Below the pieces are notes generated by a model. It searched no databases and was not told the origin of the DNA. It worked only from the letters and a program-made list of their open reading frames with translations. DNA of 64,000 nt from Escherichia phage 236Ecol005PP: the sequence record PP434423.1; one strand, given 5' to 3'. The position numbers and the translations under genes were made by a program. Within the stretch, counting starts at the first letter, position 1. Each line of letters starts with the position of its first letter. This document shows positions 19,233-28,309 of the stretch, one piece after another.

Positions 19233-19760
19233 TTATGCGAGTACCGTCTTTAACCGTTCTTCAAACTTCCGAAGAGTATTTTGGCGTTCAGCTCTTTGCT
19301 TTTTGTAAGTTTCAATACGCTCTGAAATGAGAGTGTATCGTTCATTTACTGATTCTTTCATAAAATCAGGAATTTCACGAGAAGCTTTAATCTCATCAAA
19401 TTTATCAATAACAGCTTGCTCTTCAGCAATTAAGTTATCATACATTAAAATATCTTTCTTGATGAACTCAATATCTTCTTGAGTTACACGAGATAATTTA
19501 GATGCTTTATCCTTTTTGTACTGTTCGTTAGTATCACGAGACCAGTGTAATGTACGATTTTTATTCGTATTCTTGTAAATTTCTACAATACCAATTTCAT
19601 CAATAATAACGATCCAATTCCAACGGGATTTGTAAATTTGTCCTCCATCAACTGTGATTTCACCTCCGATTGAGATGTCGTTAAAGAACTTACTCTGTGC
19701 TTCAGATTTAAATTTACCATCGTTGTAATTTACCAAGTTGAAAATATCTTTAGCGTTCAT
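19233..19760 (-). CDS. hypothetical protein
   Basis: 175 aa; GGAGG SD before ATG; first gene after an early promoter. Confidence 0.5.
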   Translation of the reverse strand: MNAKDIFNLVNYNDGKFKSEAQSKFFNDISIGGEITVDGGQIYKSRWNWIVIIDEIGIVEIYKNTNKNRTLHWSRDTNEQYKKDKASKLSRVTQEDIEFIKKDILMYDNLIAEEQAVIDKFDEIKASREIPDFMKESVNERYTLISERIETYKKQRAERQNTLRKFEERLKTVLA

Positions 19761-19806
19761 TTTGTGTTCCTCCGTAGTTGATAGTTGTATAGTACCACAG
19801 AGGAAC

Positions 19807-19839
19807 AGTCTTGTAAACCACTAAAAGAAACTTCTTTCA
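19807..19839 (-). promoter_or_regulatory. T4-type early promoter
   Basis: minus GTTTACA / 17 nt / TACTATAC followed by conserved leader AACTATCAACTA. Confidence 0.5.
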
Positions 19840-20120
19840 CAATTTTTTCCACTGAACCATGCGCTTACCGCTTTCTTAGTCTTGGGAGCAGTGTTATCCA
19901 TAAACCATTCAAAGGCAGCCTTTTTATGATTCTGGAGGGCTTCTCGGGCTTTAATCTGCTCACGGTCTATTAACACTAACATATGAGCCTTTCTTGTCAC
20001 CATGGGCTTCTTATGATTTTTTGAATACTCCCAGTCATTTGTCCATCGCATTGTTGTTGCGAATTGAAATACAGCTTCTTTAATTTTAGTTTCGTAAATT
20101 TCACGAGCCTTTGAGTATAA
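19821..20120 (-). CDS. hypothetical protein
   Basis: ORF track 19821..20135, start trimmed to Met-6. Confidence 0.4.
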   Translation of the reverse strand, partial: LYSKAREIYETKIKEAVFQFATTMRWTNDWEYSKNHKKPMVTRKAHMLVLIDREQIKAREALQNHKKAAFEWFMDNTAPKTKKAVSAWFSGKNCERSFF

Positions 20121-20206
20121 CATCACTACCTCCATTCACCAGTTTAATTCTAGTCATCTTTTTGATGGCAGTCCATATAATCTATTTCTGAACTGCCTTT
20201 TTTGTC

Positions 20207-20926
20207 TTAGGATTCTTCTAAATGTCTTTTCTGAAAAGTTGATACCATACTACGATACGGTTCATTTGGATATCCGTGTTTTATAGCTTCCTTTGTAAAT
20301 TTTCTCCATCCATATTTAGTTTCTTTCCAAAGCTCGAATAATTCATCTTCATACTGCCATATAGTTAAATGAGAACGCTTTGCAGCTTTAATTCCATTAA
20401 TATGCTTTTCTTTTACTGCAGGATTGCTTAGTTTCTTTTTAATAATATTACTAACTTTTCTAACAAAAACTGGGTCCTTATATCGTTGCGAAGTTTTTAT
20501 TGAAGTGTTTAATTTAACTTCCGGCGTGGATGTAACCTCTTTCATCTTTTTCTTCATATGCTGTATATGATTAGGATTTTTCCATAAATTTATAGAATGC
20601 TTTTTGCATTTTATCCTAGTTTCATCTGCAACCTTTCCTCCTTCACCCCCGTATGACAGGTTAACACAGTTTTTTCCATATTTCAATTTACCTGCCATGA
20701 TATATAATATTTCAGCTTGTACCATTTTATCATAATTATCAAAAACTTCTAAAACCGTTTTTGATAATATGTGGTCATTTGACACTTTTACACGTTCTAT
20801 ATAATTTCCACTACCAACATACGAATCATTGATGTTATTAGTTATATGTCGACCATAATAGTATTTCTTAATACCTGTCTTTAAATTTAATATTTCAGTT
20901 TTATAGATAGTAAAATATTTTTTCAT
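20207..20926 (-). CDS. putative GIY-YIG homing endonuclease (at the slot T4 uses for mobD)
   Basis: 239 aa; N-terminal TIYK-x12-YYYG, YGKNCVN, Lys-rich C-terminal half. Confidence 0.5.
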   Translation of the reverse strand: MKKYFTIYKTEILNLKTGIKKYYYGRHITNNINDSYVGSGNYIERVKVSNDHILSKTVLEVFDNYDKMVQAEILYIMAGKLKYGKNCVNLSYGGEGGKVADETRIKCKKHSINLWKNPNHIQHMKKKMKEVTSTPEVKLNTSIKTSQRYKDPVFVRKVSNIIKKKLSNPAVKEKHINGIKAAKRSHLTIWQYEDELFELWKETKYGWRKFTKEAIKHGYPNEPYRSMVSTFQKRHLEES

Positions 20927-21891
20927 TTTAATAATACCGTTTCAGCAATTTCTTCCCAACCGTTTTTGTCGGTCATAATAAAGTCAGCAAGATAAAGAGC
21001 AGTACGCAGTGAAACATTGCGTAAACGATTAACATTGACTTTCATCCATGATAATGCTTTATAAGTTTCTTCATCAGAAAGACCGCGCTTTTGCATCATG
21101 TCGGTTGAAAGAATAACATCTTCAACCCTGACCATAATTTCTTCATTAGTGTGAACACCCAAATCCAAATAAACTGAGCGGGACACTAATGCTTGTAAGT
21201 GTGGGGCAAGTTTAGTACCACGGTCTAATTCGCGGTCAATGTCAACGTTTGTGATAAAAACAATCGTTCCTTTAAATTCAAACTCACGGTCAATGCCTTT
21301 TTCTTCTAAGTAAGAAGATGCAGTGCTCCAGCAGACTTTACGGGTCTCTCCAGTGTCCAGAGCAGCTTTTAGAAGATTAAGAATGTCCATATCAGAGAAA
21401 ACATCCACATCATCAATCAAAAGGACAGAATTCTCTTCACGATTATTCCAAAGCTGCTCATAAAGACCAATACCAGAGATTTTACCATTAATGCTTTTAT
21501 ATTCAATGTATCCAATATCATTTGCTTTATTTAAAGCTTTATCTAAAGAATACGTTTTACCAATACCTGCTGCGCCAGAGATAATTAATGAACGAATATT
21601 TCCATTAATAATACCATTCGTCATCATTCCCATAACATTAAATCTTTTATTAATGCGGGTTTTCATATCTTCATATGATTCTTTAACTTCTTCAACTTTT
21701 ACACCATCATATGAAATATCTGATTTGTAAACCCAAACACCGCGACGTTTACCGTCAATTTCAACAAAAACTTTACCATCTCCTTGTGCATCTACCGGAG
21801 CATTATCTGGGAACCATTCGCCTAAGAGCTCAAAAGTTCCAGAGATTTCTTTACCGAAGTAGATACCCTTATTGATAGTTACAGTTTTCAT
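20923..21891 (-). CDS. AAA+/P-loop ATPase
   Basis: 322 aa from ATG 21889-21891 (GGAG SD); Walker A LIISGAAGIGKTYSL, Walker B SVLLIDDVD, sensor-like FITN. Confidence 0.6.
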   Translation of the reverse strand: MKTVTINKGIYFGKEISGTFELLGEWFPDNAPVDAQGDGKVFVEIDGKRRGVWVYKSDISYDGVKVEEVKESYEDMKTRINKRFNVMGMMTNGIINGNIRSLIISGAAGIGKTYSLDKALNKANDIGYIEYKSINGKISGIGLYEQLWNNREENSVLLIDDVDVFSDMDILNLLKAALDTGETRKVCWSTASSYLEEKGIDREFEFKGTIVFITNVDIDRELDRGTKLAPHLQALVSRSVYLDLGVHTNEEIMVRVEDVILSTDMMQKRGLSDEETYKALSWMKVNVNRLRNVSLRTALYLADFIMTDKNGWEEIAETVLLK

Positions 21892-21923
21892 TTTATTCTC
21901 CAAATCCGTATCAGTTGATAGTT

Positions 21924-21955
21924 GTATAGTACCATAAAGCTTTATGCTTGTAAAC
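21924..21955 (-). promoter_or_regulatory. T4-type early promoter
   Basis: minus GTTTACA / 17 nt / TACTATAC, same leader as 19807 promoter. Confidence 0.5.
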
Positions 21956-21987
21956 CGTTTTGTGAAAAAATTTTTGAAATAAAAAAA

Positions 21988-22005
21988 GGGAGCCCGAAGG
22001 CTCCC
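21988..22005 (-). terminator. tetraloop hairpin 3' of nucleotidyltransferase gene
   Basis: GGGAGCC-UUCG-GGCUCCC on minus strand, 3 nt after stop. Confidence 0.4.
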
Positions 22006-22007
22006 TA

Positions 22008-23021
22008 TCATTTATAATAACTTCGGTGGTTTTCAAGATAAACCCTCTCAAGGAAGTCATCCCAGAAACCCATGTCTACTTTTTGCTGCATACCGTTCTT
22101 AGAAGCTTCAATGGATGCTGCTTCTACTTGATCGACCACATCTTCCAAAAACTCTTGAACAGTTTTAAATGGGTGTTTACCCAGCTTCACGTCGAGAATA
22201 AATGGAGCGTCTTGAAGTGGATAGACTAAGTCACCAGTTTTGTAAATTTCCAATAGTTGGAGTCCACCACGACAAGCATGACTCAGAGCTTTCCAATCAA
22301 TGCCTTCATTAGCTTCAGCTTTACGAGCACGTTCACCATATTCAGCATCAAGTTTATTCAAAGACTGCTTAAGCTCAATAAGAGAAAGTGTTGTCTGATA
22401 TTTACGACCCAACACAGTGTAGAACGTTTGTGGGCCTGTTTTCTCATGATTATGGAATACCCATTCACAGAATTCGTTTTCTGGAAGACGGTGTTTAATA
22501 TCTTCAACTTTAGTGCGACGTTGTCCTTGTGTTCCATCTTCTCGGTAATCAACCCACTGGTCAGGGATTTGATTAACTACTTTCAATACATCACGTAATG
22601 CGGCCAAACGAGAACCCTTGACACCGTATTTAGAAGCTTGCTTGCGAACATATCCTAAATAGGATTTCATGTTAGTCGTATAAAAACGAGAACGATTGTC
22701 TTGAATAAACTTCCATACATCAGGCAAATCAGATTTAACTACCAGTTCAGGTGGAGTGTGGAGCATATCCAATGCTACAGTTTCACCATCTGCTGCTAAT
22801 TTAAAGAAATACTTAAGACTGTATAGTTCATGGTCAATATCATCTTTAGTGTTTTTAGATGATGTGTTATTAGTGTTTTTACTCATATGCTCTTTAACAT
22901 TTCCGATAAGAATATCGCGAGCAGGAGGAACAAAGATTTCTTTAAAATCTACATCAGATTCTGGAGTAGAAGTTCCATAAAGATGACTACCAAAATAGCT
23001 TTTCATTACTGTTTTCATCAT
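22008..23021 (-). CDS. Pol-beta-superfamily nucleotidyltransferase-fold protein
   Basis: 337 aa; N-terminal FGSHLYGTSTPESDVDF = hG[GS]-x10-DxD signature. Confidence 0.6.
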   Translation of the reverse strand: MMKTVMKSYFGSHLYGTSTPESDVDFKEIFVPPARDILIGNVKEHMSKNTNNTSSKNTKDDIDHELYSLKYFFKLAADGETVALDMLHTPPELVVKSDLPDVWKFIQDNRSRFYTTNMKSYLGYVRKQASKYGVKGSRLAALRDVLKVVNQIPDQWVDYREDGTQGQRRTKVEDIKHRLPENEFCEWVFHNHEKTGPQTFYTVLGRKYQTTLSLIELKQSLNKLDAEYGERARKAEANEGIDWKALSHACRGGLQLLEIYKTGDLVYPLQDAPFILDVKLGKHPFKTVQEFLEDVVDQVEAASIEASKNGMQQKVDMGFWDDFLERVYLENHRSYYK

Positions 23022-23479
23022 TCAGCCTTATATTCAATAACAGGACATACTTTAGCTTTACGCGCTTTTAAAAATTCGACGATAATAGATTTCTTGGGTT
23101 GAATAGGAGGTAAACCTTTATACGCCCTATCAATATTTTCTACATGTAAAGCATAATCCTTTTTCCATTTATAATCTTTATATTTTTCATGCAATTGTGC
23201 AGGAATAACAAATGAACCAATAATAAGTAAAACAAGCAAAATAGCAAGTATAAATGCTGATGGAATAAGAGTCCATAAACTACCAAAAATAAGCCATTTC
23301 TGTATGATTTCTGCACAGATGATAGTTAGACCTGCGAGTATAGTACATCCGAAAAAAGAAACGAAAAATGTAGGAATGACAATAGACCAAAAGTATGCAC
23401 ATAGTGTCTTAGGTCGTTTCCATTCATCATTAAACATTTTGAATAATTTATAGTGCCAAGAGCTTTCATTAATAATCAT
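23018..23479 (-). CDS. polytopic membrane protein
   Basis: 153 aa; three to four hydrophobic helices. Confidence 0.5.
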   Translation of the reverse strand: MIINESSWHYKLFKMFNDEWKRPKTLCAYFWSIVIPTFFVSFFGCTILAGLTIICAEIIQKWLIFGSLWTLIPSAFILAILLVLLIIGSFVIPAQLHEKYKDYKWKKDYALHVENIDRAYKGLPPIQPKKSIIVEFLKARKAKVCPVIEYKAE

Positions 23480-23481
23480 AA

Positions 23482-24003
23482 TTATCCTTTCATTGAAGGT
23501 GTAACAGTTGTTAAATACTTAATCATAGCTTCAGCTTCTGATTTTGATAATGAAATTTCTCCATTGTTTTGACGAATAGAAATAAAATCCGGATGACGGT
23601 CACCACCAGCTTTTAAAATACACATATAAGTATCAGTTTCATCTTCAATATCTGAAATGATTGAAGCAGTTCCGCATGAATGTGGTTTTTGATAAATCAA
23701 TGCAGCTTTTCTTCCACCGTTTGACTGTTCATAAACTTTTAACACATCAAACAAATCGCTTCTTTTATCAATAGCTAAGATGTTGTTTTCATCTTCAATG
23801 TTAAATCCTTCGGATACTTCATAAAGTGTCACCCATAAATCGCCAATATCAATGACAGCATTCACCTTTCCATGATTTTCAAGAGCATTACAAATTTTCT
23901 TGATTTCGTCATAACTCATTTTAATAATATCATCTCCTTGAATAAGGAAGATGTCATTTTTAAATTCAACACGAATTAAACCGCTTTCACTTGAAATAAA
24001 CAT
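23482..24003 (-). CDS. hypothetical protein (paralog of next gene)
   Basis: 173 aa; C-terminus ...SEAEAMIKYLTTVTPSMKG resembles 24010..24576 C-terminus. Confidence 0.5.
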   Translation of the reverse strand: MFISSESGLIRVEFKNDIFLIQGDDIIKMSYDEIKKICNALENHGKVNAVIDIGDLWVTLYEVSEGFNIEDENNILAIDKRSDLFDVLKVYEQSNGGRKAALIYQKPHSCGTASIISDIEDETDTYMCILKAGGDRHPDFISIRQNNGEISLSKSEAEAMIKYLTTVTPSMKG

Positions 24004-24009
24004 ATTTCC

Positions 24010-24576
24010 TCACTTTGAAATCATAGTTGGAATGACAGAATCAAGATAAGTCTTTAGCGCAATAGCTTCGTCTTTGGTAAATGTGACAATATGTGATCGA
24101 AAATCGTCAATTTGGCGAATAGTTAAGACATCTCCATCTTCATAACATTTTGATACGTTTAAAACAGTTTCATCATTCTGATCGCACTGATCGCAAGCGT
24201 TAGTAATAATAGCATTGCAATTTTTGAGCCATTTTAAACTATGTTTTCTTTCATTAGAATAATAAAAATATTTAATCTTAGCTATAAAACTATCCCAATG
24301 AATAACTGATAAACACATTGACTCACTTTTAATATTAAATCCTGGGCATGAAGAATAAAAATGAATTTTATGCTCATCATTGATGCTTACTATTTTATCA
24401 GTATAAGGATATTCAATTTGGGTTAAATGAATGATTTCACTAGGCGTAAAATACAGCATATCGTCTTCTTGCGTCAAACGATACATGTTATTTACTTTTT
24501 CTATAGCCAATTCACCAAAAAGCGGACTAACTTCTAATACTAATCGTTTCATATTGATTCTCTTCGACTCACTCAC
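24010..24576 (-). CDS. hypothetical Cys-rich protein (paralog of previous gene)
   Basis: 188 aa; C-terminus ...DEAIALKTYLDSVIPTMISK. Confidence 0.5.
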   Translation of the reverse strand: MSESKRINMKRLVLEVSPLFGELAIEKVNNMYRLTQEDDMLYFTPSEIIHLTQIEYPYTDKIVSINDEHKIHFYSSCPGFNIKSESMCLSVIHWDSFIAKIKYFYYSNERKHSLKWLKNCNAIITNACDQCDQNDETVLNVSKCYEDGDVLTIRQIDDFRSHIVTFTKDEAIALKTYLDSVIPTMISK

Positions 24577-24711
24577 AATTACATACTCCTTTGAATAATA
24601 TCAATAATGTTGTTCACTAGATTATAAGTAAACATTGGGTGATAATATTGAATCATCACATACACAACAAACAAAATTTTCATTCTCTTCTCCTTGGCAG
24701 TTGACAAGATT

Positions 24712-24740
24712 ACTATATCATAACCTTGCCAACTTGTAAA
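24712..24740 (-). promoter_or_regulatory. T4-type early promoter
   Basis: minus TTTACA / 17 nt / TATAGT. Confidence 0.4.
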
Positions 24741-24906
24741 CCATTAAATGACGTTTTCAATAAAATTCTGAAGCTTTGTGTGAGCATCAACCATGATTTT
24801 CATTTCTTCCTTTGCGAAAGCTGTACCTCTTTCACGAGAAGAATACTCATAGTCAGAAACTGCATTAGCGTATTCTTCAATTAGCTTCATTAAAAACATC
24901 TGCTTT

Positions 24907-25101
24907 TCAGTTTTCACTATTCCACCTAATCATTTCAAGATATTGAACTAACTTAGCTTTGGATTTATCCAAATCCTTTTTAGCTGCTTCTATACCATCG
25001 TACGAATATCCTTCACAATGCTCAACTGCCAATTGGTATGAATCTATTTCAATATCACGTGCTAATTTAATGATTTTTTCAAACTGTTCACGTGTTAGCA
25101 T
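24907..25101 (-). CDS. small hypothetical protein
   Basis: ORF track; 64 aa. Confidence 0.4.
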   Translation of the reverse strand: MLTREQFEKIIKLARDIEIDSYQLAVEHCEGYSYDGIEAAKKDLDKSKAKLVQYLEMIRWNSEN

Positions 25102-25103
25102 AC

Positions 25104-25307
25104 TTAAACTCTCGTATTATGATCGATAATTTCATCAAGAAACATATCTAAAGCTTCTACAGCATTATCAACTTTAGCTTCAAATTCTTCAATACCTTTA
25201 TTTGCAATGCCTGACGAAAACCAAGCAAAGTCACTAAGTTCCTCATCTGCTTTGCGAATTAAAGCTACCAATTCTTTAATTTTATCTGCTTGTTTTATAC
25301 TAATCAT
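25104..25307 (-). CDS. small hypothetical protein
   Basis: ORF track 25104..25343 trimmed to Met-13. Confidence 0.4.
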   Translation of the reverse strand: MISIKQADKIKELVALIRKADEELSDFAWFSSGIANKGIEEFEAKVDNAVEALDMFLDEIIDHNTRV

Positions 25308-25495
25308 TATTCCACCACATATGAAAGAGAGAATATTGCACACGCCATATGAATTGCAGCTTCATCACACATATCATAACGTTTCTTAAGAAGTTCTACA
25401 AGTTCTTCACTAGTAACTTCATCCATGTCGACGAAAAAATCACCATTAATGATGACGTAGATATTTCCTTCTTGATTAAGTGCTTCAATTTTCAT
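25307..25495 (-). CDS. small hypothetical acidic protein
   Basis: ATG 25493-25495 with GAGGAG SD, just downstream of early promoter. Confidence 0.45.
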   Translation of the reverse strand: MKIEALNQEGNIYVIINGDFFVDMDEVTSEELVELLKKRYDMCDEAAIHMACAIFSLSYVVE

Positions 25496-25523
25496 GATGT
25501 TCTCCTCTTTATCCGATGGTTGT

Positions 25524-25553
25524 ATAGTATCACAGCTCAAATGGAAAGTAAAC
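25524..25553 (-). promoter_or_regulatory. T4-type early promoter
   Basis: minus TTTACT / 17 nt / TACTAT. Confidence 0.45.
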
Positions 25554-25569
25554 CGGTAAAATGAAAAAA

Positions 25570-25585
25570 GTCTCCCGAAGGAGAC
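25570..25585 (-). terminator. tetraloop hairpin
   Basis: GUCUCC-UUCG-GGAGAC 5 nt after stop of 25591..25977. Confidence 0.4.
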
Positions 25586-25590
25586 TAATG

Positions 25591-25977
25591 TTATTCGAGG
25601 GAAAGAAGATATTTACTTTGATAAAACATTCCAGTAATATCATCTATCGTGCTTTGAATGGCTGGAGGCATTTCTTTGTAAATGCTGTTAGATTGGTCTA
25701 GTATGCGATCAATCATTTTAATTGTGTCGGTAGGAAGTTTACTGGCATCTGGAATAGAAGGTGTGTATTTTCTACCAGAATACCCCAAATATTGCTCACC
25801 AAATTTATCAATCAAATCTGGCAACTCAGAGAAAATAAAATCGTATGCTTTGTGTCTAGCATAACTTTTAGTTTCAAAATGCGCAGAATGAAAATAAGCT
25901 TGTGCAGCCATTAATAAACCTAAGTATTCATCTGCCTTTGAAGGTTTTCCACTTTGTGAAAAGTCGCTGAATTTCAT
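25591..25977 (-). CDS. hypothetical protein downstream of rI
   Basis: 128 aa; start overlaps rI stop. Confidence 0.55.
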   Translation of the reverse strand: MKFSDFSQSGKPSKADEYLGLLMAAQAYFHSAHFETKSYARHKAYDFIFSELPDLIDKFGEQYLGYSGRKYTPSIPDASKLPTDTIKMIDRILDQSNSIYKEMPPAIQSTIDDITGMFYQSKYLLSLE

Positions 25978-26267
25978 TCAGTCTCCAATTTAATGTTCAT
26001 AATTCTAGCGTATGATTGTGCCATCTCCGCGCCTCGTTCTATACATTCAAAATCGGAAGAGCACGGGTCATTTTTATAGGTCGTTCTCATAAAACTATAG
26101 AATTGTTCAGATGATTCTACGCTTTTATTTTCAAAAAGCATATAAACGTGTCTAATACCAGATTCCATAAATTTATCAAAATGAGGATCGACATTCGCTT
26201 CAATCGATGGAGATAAAACAAATGACAATCCTAGCATGGCAAATAGTGCCGTTGCTTTTAAGGCCAT
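25974..26267 (-). CDS. rI: Lysis inhibition regulator RI (antiholin)
   Basis: 97 aa; MALKATALFAMLGLSFVLSPSIEA signal-anchor then periplasmic domain; matches T4 RI as recalled. Confidence 0.9.
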   Translation of the reverse strand: MALKATALFAMLGLSFVLSPSIEANVDPHFDKFMESGIRHVYMLFENKSVESSEQFYSFMRTTYKNDPCSSDFECIERGAEMAQSYARIMNIKLETE

Positions 26268-26279
26268 AAAGGCCTCCTA

Positions 26280-26492
26280 TCATTTTTGCCCTGTATTTAC
26301 TTTATGCCGATGCACGGCCTTAACTTTATCAAGGTATTTTTCAAAATTTCGCAATCTAGTATAGTCTGCCGGAGATTGGTTGAGTGATACTTCTCGACGC
26401 AAAGCTGAAATGATATTTCCAACTTCCCTACGAATTTCATCTAATTGAAGAACAGTAAGATTGCGAAGTTGCTTTTCAGTTAATTGTAGCAT
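26280..26492 (-). CDS. small hypothetical protein
   Basis: ORF track; 70 aa. Confidence 0.45.
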
Positions 26493-26534
26493 ATATACCC
26501 CTTTAGTTAGATAAACCTATTTATAACTTTTGCA

Positions 26535-27116
26535 CTAACCGAGCTTTTTAGTTAATTCATTCCAATGTTTTCTACACAAAGAAACATAAATTTCATCACC
26601 AATACAGATTTGATTACCTTCTTTAACTGGTGTTCCATCTTCCATTAATCGAGCCGTCATAATAGCTTTTTTACCACAATGACAAACTGCTTTTAGTTCA
26701 ATAAGTTTATCTGCAATCGCTAAAAGTTCTTTAGAACCTTCAAATAATTTTCCAGCGAAATCAGTCCTTAGACCATAAGCCATAACAGGAACATTGTATG
26801 TATCGACAATTCGGCTTAATTGATGCACCTGTTCAGTTTTTAAAAACTGGGCTTCATCTACAAATACGCAATGAATATCTTTTTGTGCTTCAGCCCATTT
26901 ATAGAACTCGAAAATATCCATATCATCTGTAATAATATTCGCTTCCTGCTTAATTCCAATGCGAGAAACGACTTCACAGACAGAATCACGAGTATCAATA
27001 GCAGGCTTAAGAACTAATACACTCATTCCACGTTCTTTATAATTATGCGCAGCAGTCAAAAGAGAAGCAGATTTTCCAGCATTCATTGCTGCATAAGTAA
27101 AAATTAAACTCGCCAT
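26535..27116 (-). CDS. tk: Thymidine kinase
   Basis: 193 aa; P-loop AMNAGKS, Zn-ribbon CHCGKKA...C..H; matches T4 Tk. Confidence 0.9.
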   Translation of the reverse strand: MASLIFTYAAMNAGKSASLLTAAHNYKERGMSVLVLKPAIDTRDSVCEVVSRIGIKQEANIITDDMDIFEFYKWAEAQKDIHCVFVDEAQFLKTEQVHQLSRIVDTYNVPVMAYGLRTDFAGKLFEGSKELLAIADKLIELKAVCHCGKKAIMTARLMEDGTPVKEGNQICIGDEIYVSLCRKHWNELTKKLG

Positions 27117-27125
27117 ATCACCTTC

Positions 27126-27332
27126 TTAAAGCGTATTCACATAAGCTATTAATTCGTTTTCTTTCTTATCAAACCGGTCAGCAAATTCTTCTTGCTGTTC
27201 GGGAGATAGCGGGCCGTATTCATCATAAAAGGTGTTTGCTTCTGTATGCTCATCTAGAAGTTCATGGATAAGCTCAAACAATTTATCTTTTTGTTCTTTA
27301 CTCAGACTCATAACCATGTAACCTTTAAGCAA
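27126..27332 (-). CDS. small hypothetical acidic protein
   Basis: ORF track; 68 aa. Confidence 0.45.
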   Translation of the reverse strand: MLKGYMVMSLSKEQKDKLFELIHELLDEHTEANTFYDEYGPLSPEQQEEFADRFDKKENELIAYVNTL

Positions 27333-27520
27333 TATTCTTCTACATGTTGTTTACGACCTTTCTTATCAATAAAGGTATATTCAACGAATGTTCCAATGTA
27401 GTCTTTATCTACATCATGTGGACTATTAATTGGGCATTTAGTGCGGCAAATGCGTTCCCATTGACGAATAATTACTGCTTTGTTTTTAGGATCAAATGGA
27501 TGAGGGTAATGTACTTTCAT
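27308..27520 (-). CDS. small hypothetical protein
   Basis: ORF track; 70 aa. Confidence 0.45.
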   Translation of the reverse strand: MKVHYPHPFDPKNKAVIIRQWERICRTKCPINSPHDVDKDYIGTFVEYTFIDKKGRKQHVEEYCLKVTWL

Positions 27521-27971
27521 AATCCACCACTATTAAATCAATATCAGGAGTAAACATGTCGATTAATTTAGAAACCTTATCCCAATCACCGCCAGCAATA
27601 CCACAACCTATGCGTGGGATGTAAATTACTGGTTTAAACAAAAGGGTCTCTGCCTGTAGATTTAATTCTATCATGCAGTTTACTAAAGCACCATAATCAA
27701 GATTAGGACCTGGTTCGTATTGTGTATACAGATTATAGCATATACCAAATCCCGCAGGACTATGTTTAAAAACAATAGACATATCGCCTAATTTATCACG
27801 AGAACCATATTCAGTAGTGGTTTTATCTATTTCTAAAATTTTAGGATAGGCCCTTGCTAATTGACCCGCTACGCCTGAACCCATAGTATGAAAACAATTG
27901 CATCCATGCGCAATATTTTTACCTTCAGTGAAAAGGGCGACAATATCGCCCTTGATATATTTTACAATCAT
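27492..27971 (-). CDS. Macro-domain protein (ADP-ribose binding/processing fold)
   Basis: 159 aa; IKGDIV...NIAHGCNCFHTMGSGVAGQLARAYP and IGCGIAGGDWD match macro-domain nucleotide-binding loops. Confidence 0.6.
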   Translation of the reverse strand: MIVKYIKGDIVALFTEGKNIAHGCNCFHTMGSGVAGQLARAYPKILEIDKTTTEYGSRDKLGDMSIVFKHSPAGFGICYNLYTQYEPGPNLDYGALVNCMIELNLQAETLLFKPVIYIPRIGCGIAGGDWDKVSKLIDMFTPDIDLIVVDYESTLPSSI

Positions 27972-28309
27972 TTAGTACTCAATCCTCGATTATAAGAATC
28001 TACCAAACGGTCAACCATTGAATGACAAGCGGCTTTATCTTTCTCCTCCGCAACTGAACATTCTAAGGTATTCCACTTTTTAGCATATCGTTTTAATAAA
28101 GTATCGTTCTTGTATCTGCTTGATTTATCTCTTTCTCCGTCTTTATATGCATATATTAATTTCTGCGCAAATTCAGCTTGGCATGCTTTATTTTTCCCAC
28201 AGTAATCTGCCGCAGTGCGATTTACATATTCTCTAATTTCAGTATATGATGTATCTGCTAACGCAGAAAATGAAATTAATCCTATACATAAAACCAAAAT
28301 TTTAGTCAT
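27968..28309 (-). CDS. secreted/periplasmic Cys-containing protein
   Basis: 113 aa; N-terminal signal peptide MTKILVLCIGLISFSALA; four Cys. Confidence 0.5.
   Translation of the reverse strand: MTKILVLCIGLISFSALADTSYTEIREYVNRTAADYCGKNKACQAEFAQKLIYAYKDGERDKSSRYKNDTLLKRYAKKWNTLECSVAEEKDKAACHSMVDRLVDSYNRGLSTK

Noticed and set aside
20923-22011. 362-aa version of the ATPase ORF extending through promoter and hairpin
   Set aside because: The upstream 40 codons run through an early promoter and a tetraloop hairpin and overlap the neighbouring gene's stop; Met at 21891 has a GGAG SD and is the likely start.
22257-22598. 113-aa plus-strand ORF (and 22026..22229, 22756..23102) inside the nucleotidyltransferase gene
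   Set aside because: Antisense to a coding region with clear motifs; no start context; the whole 1-43.9 kb block is transcribed leftward.
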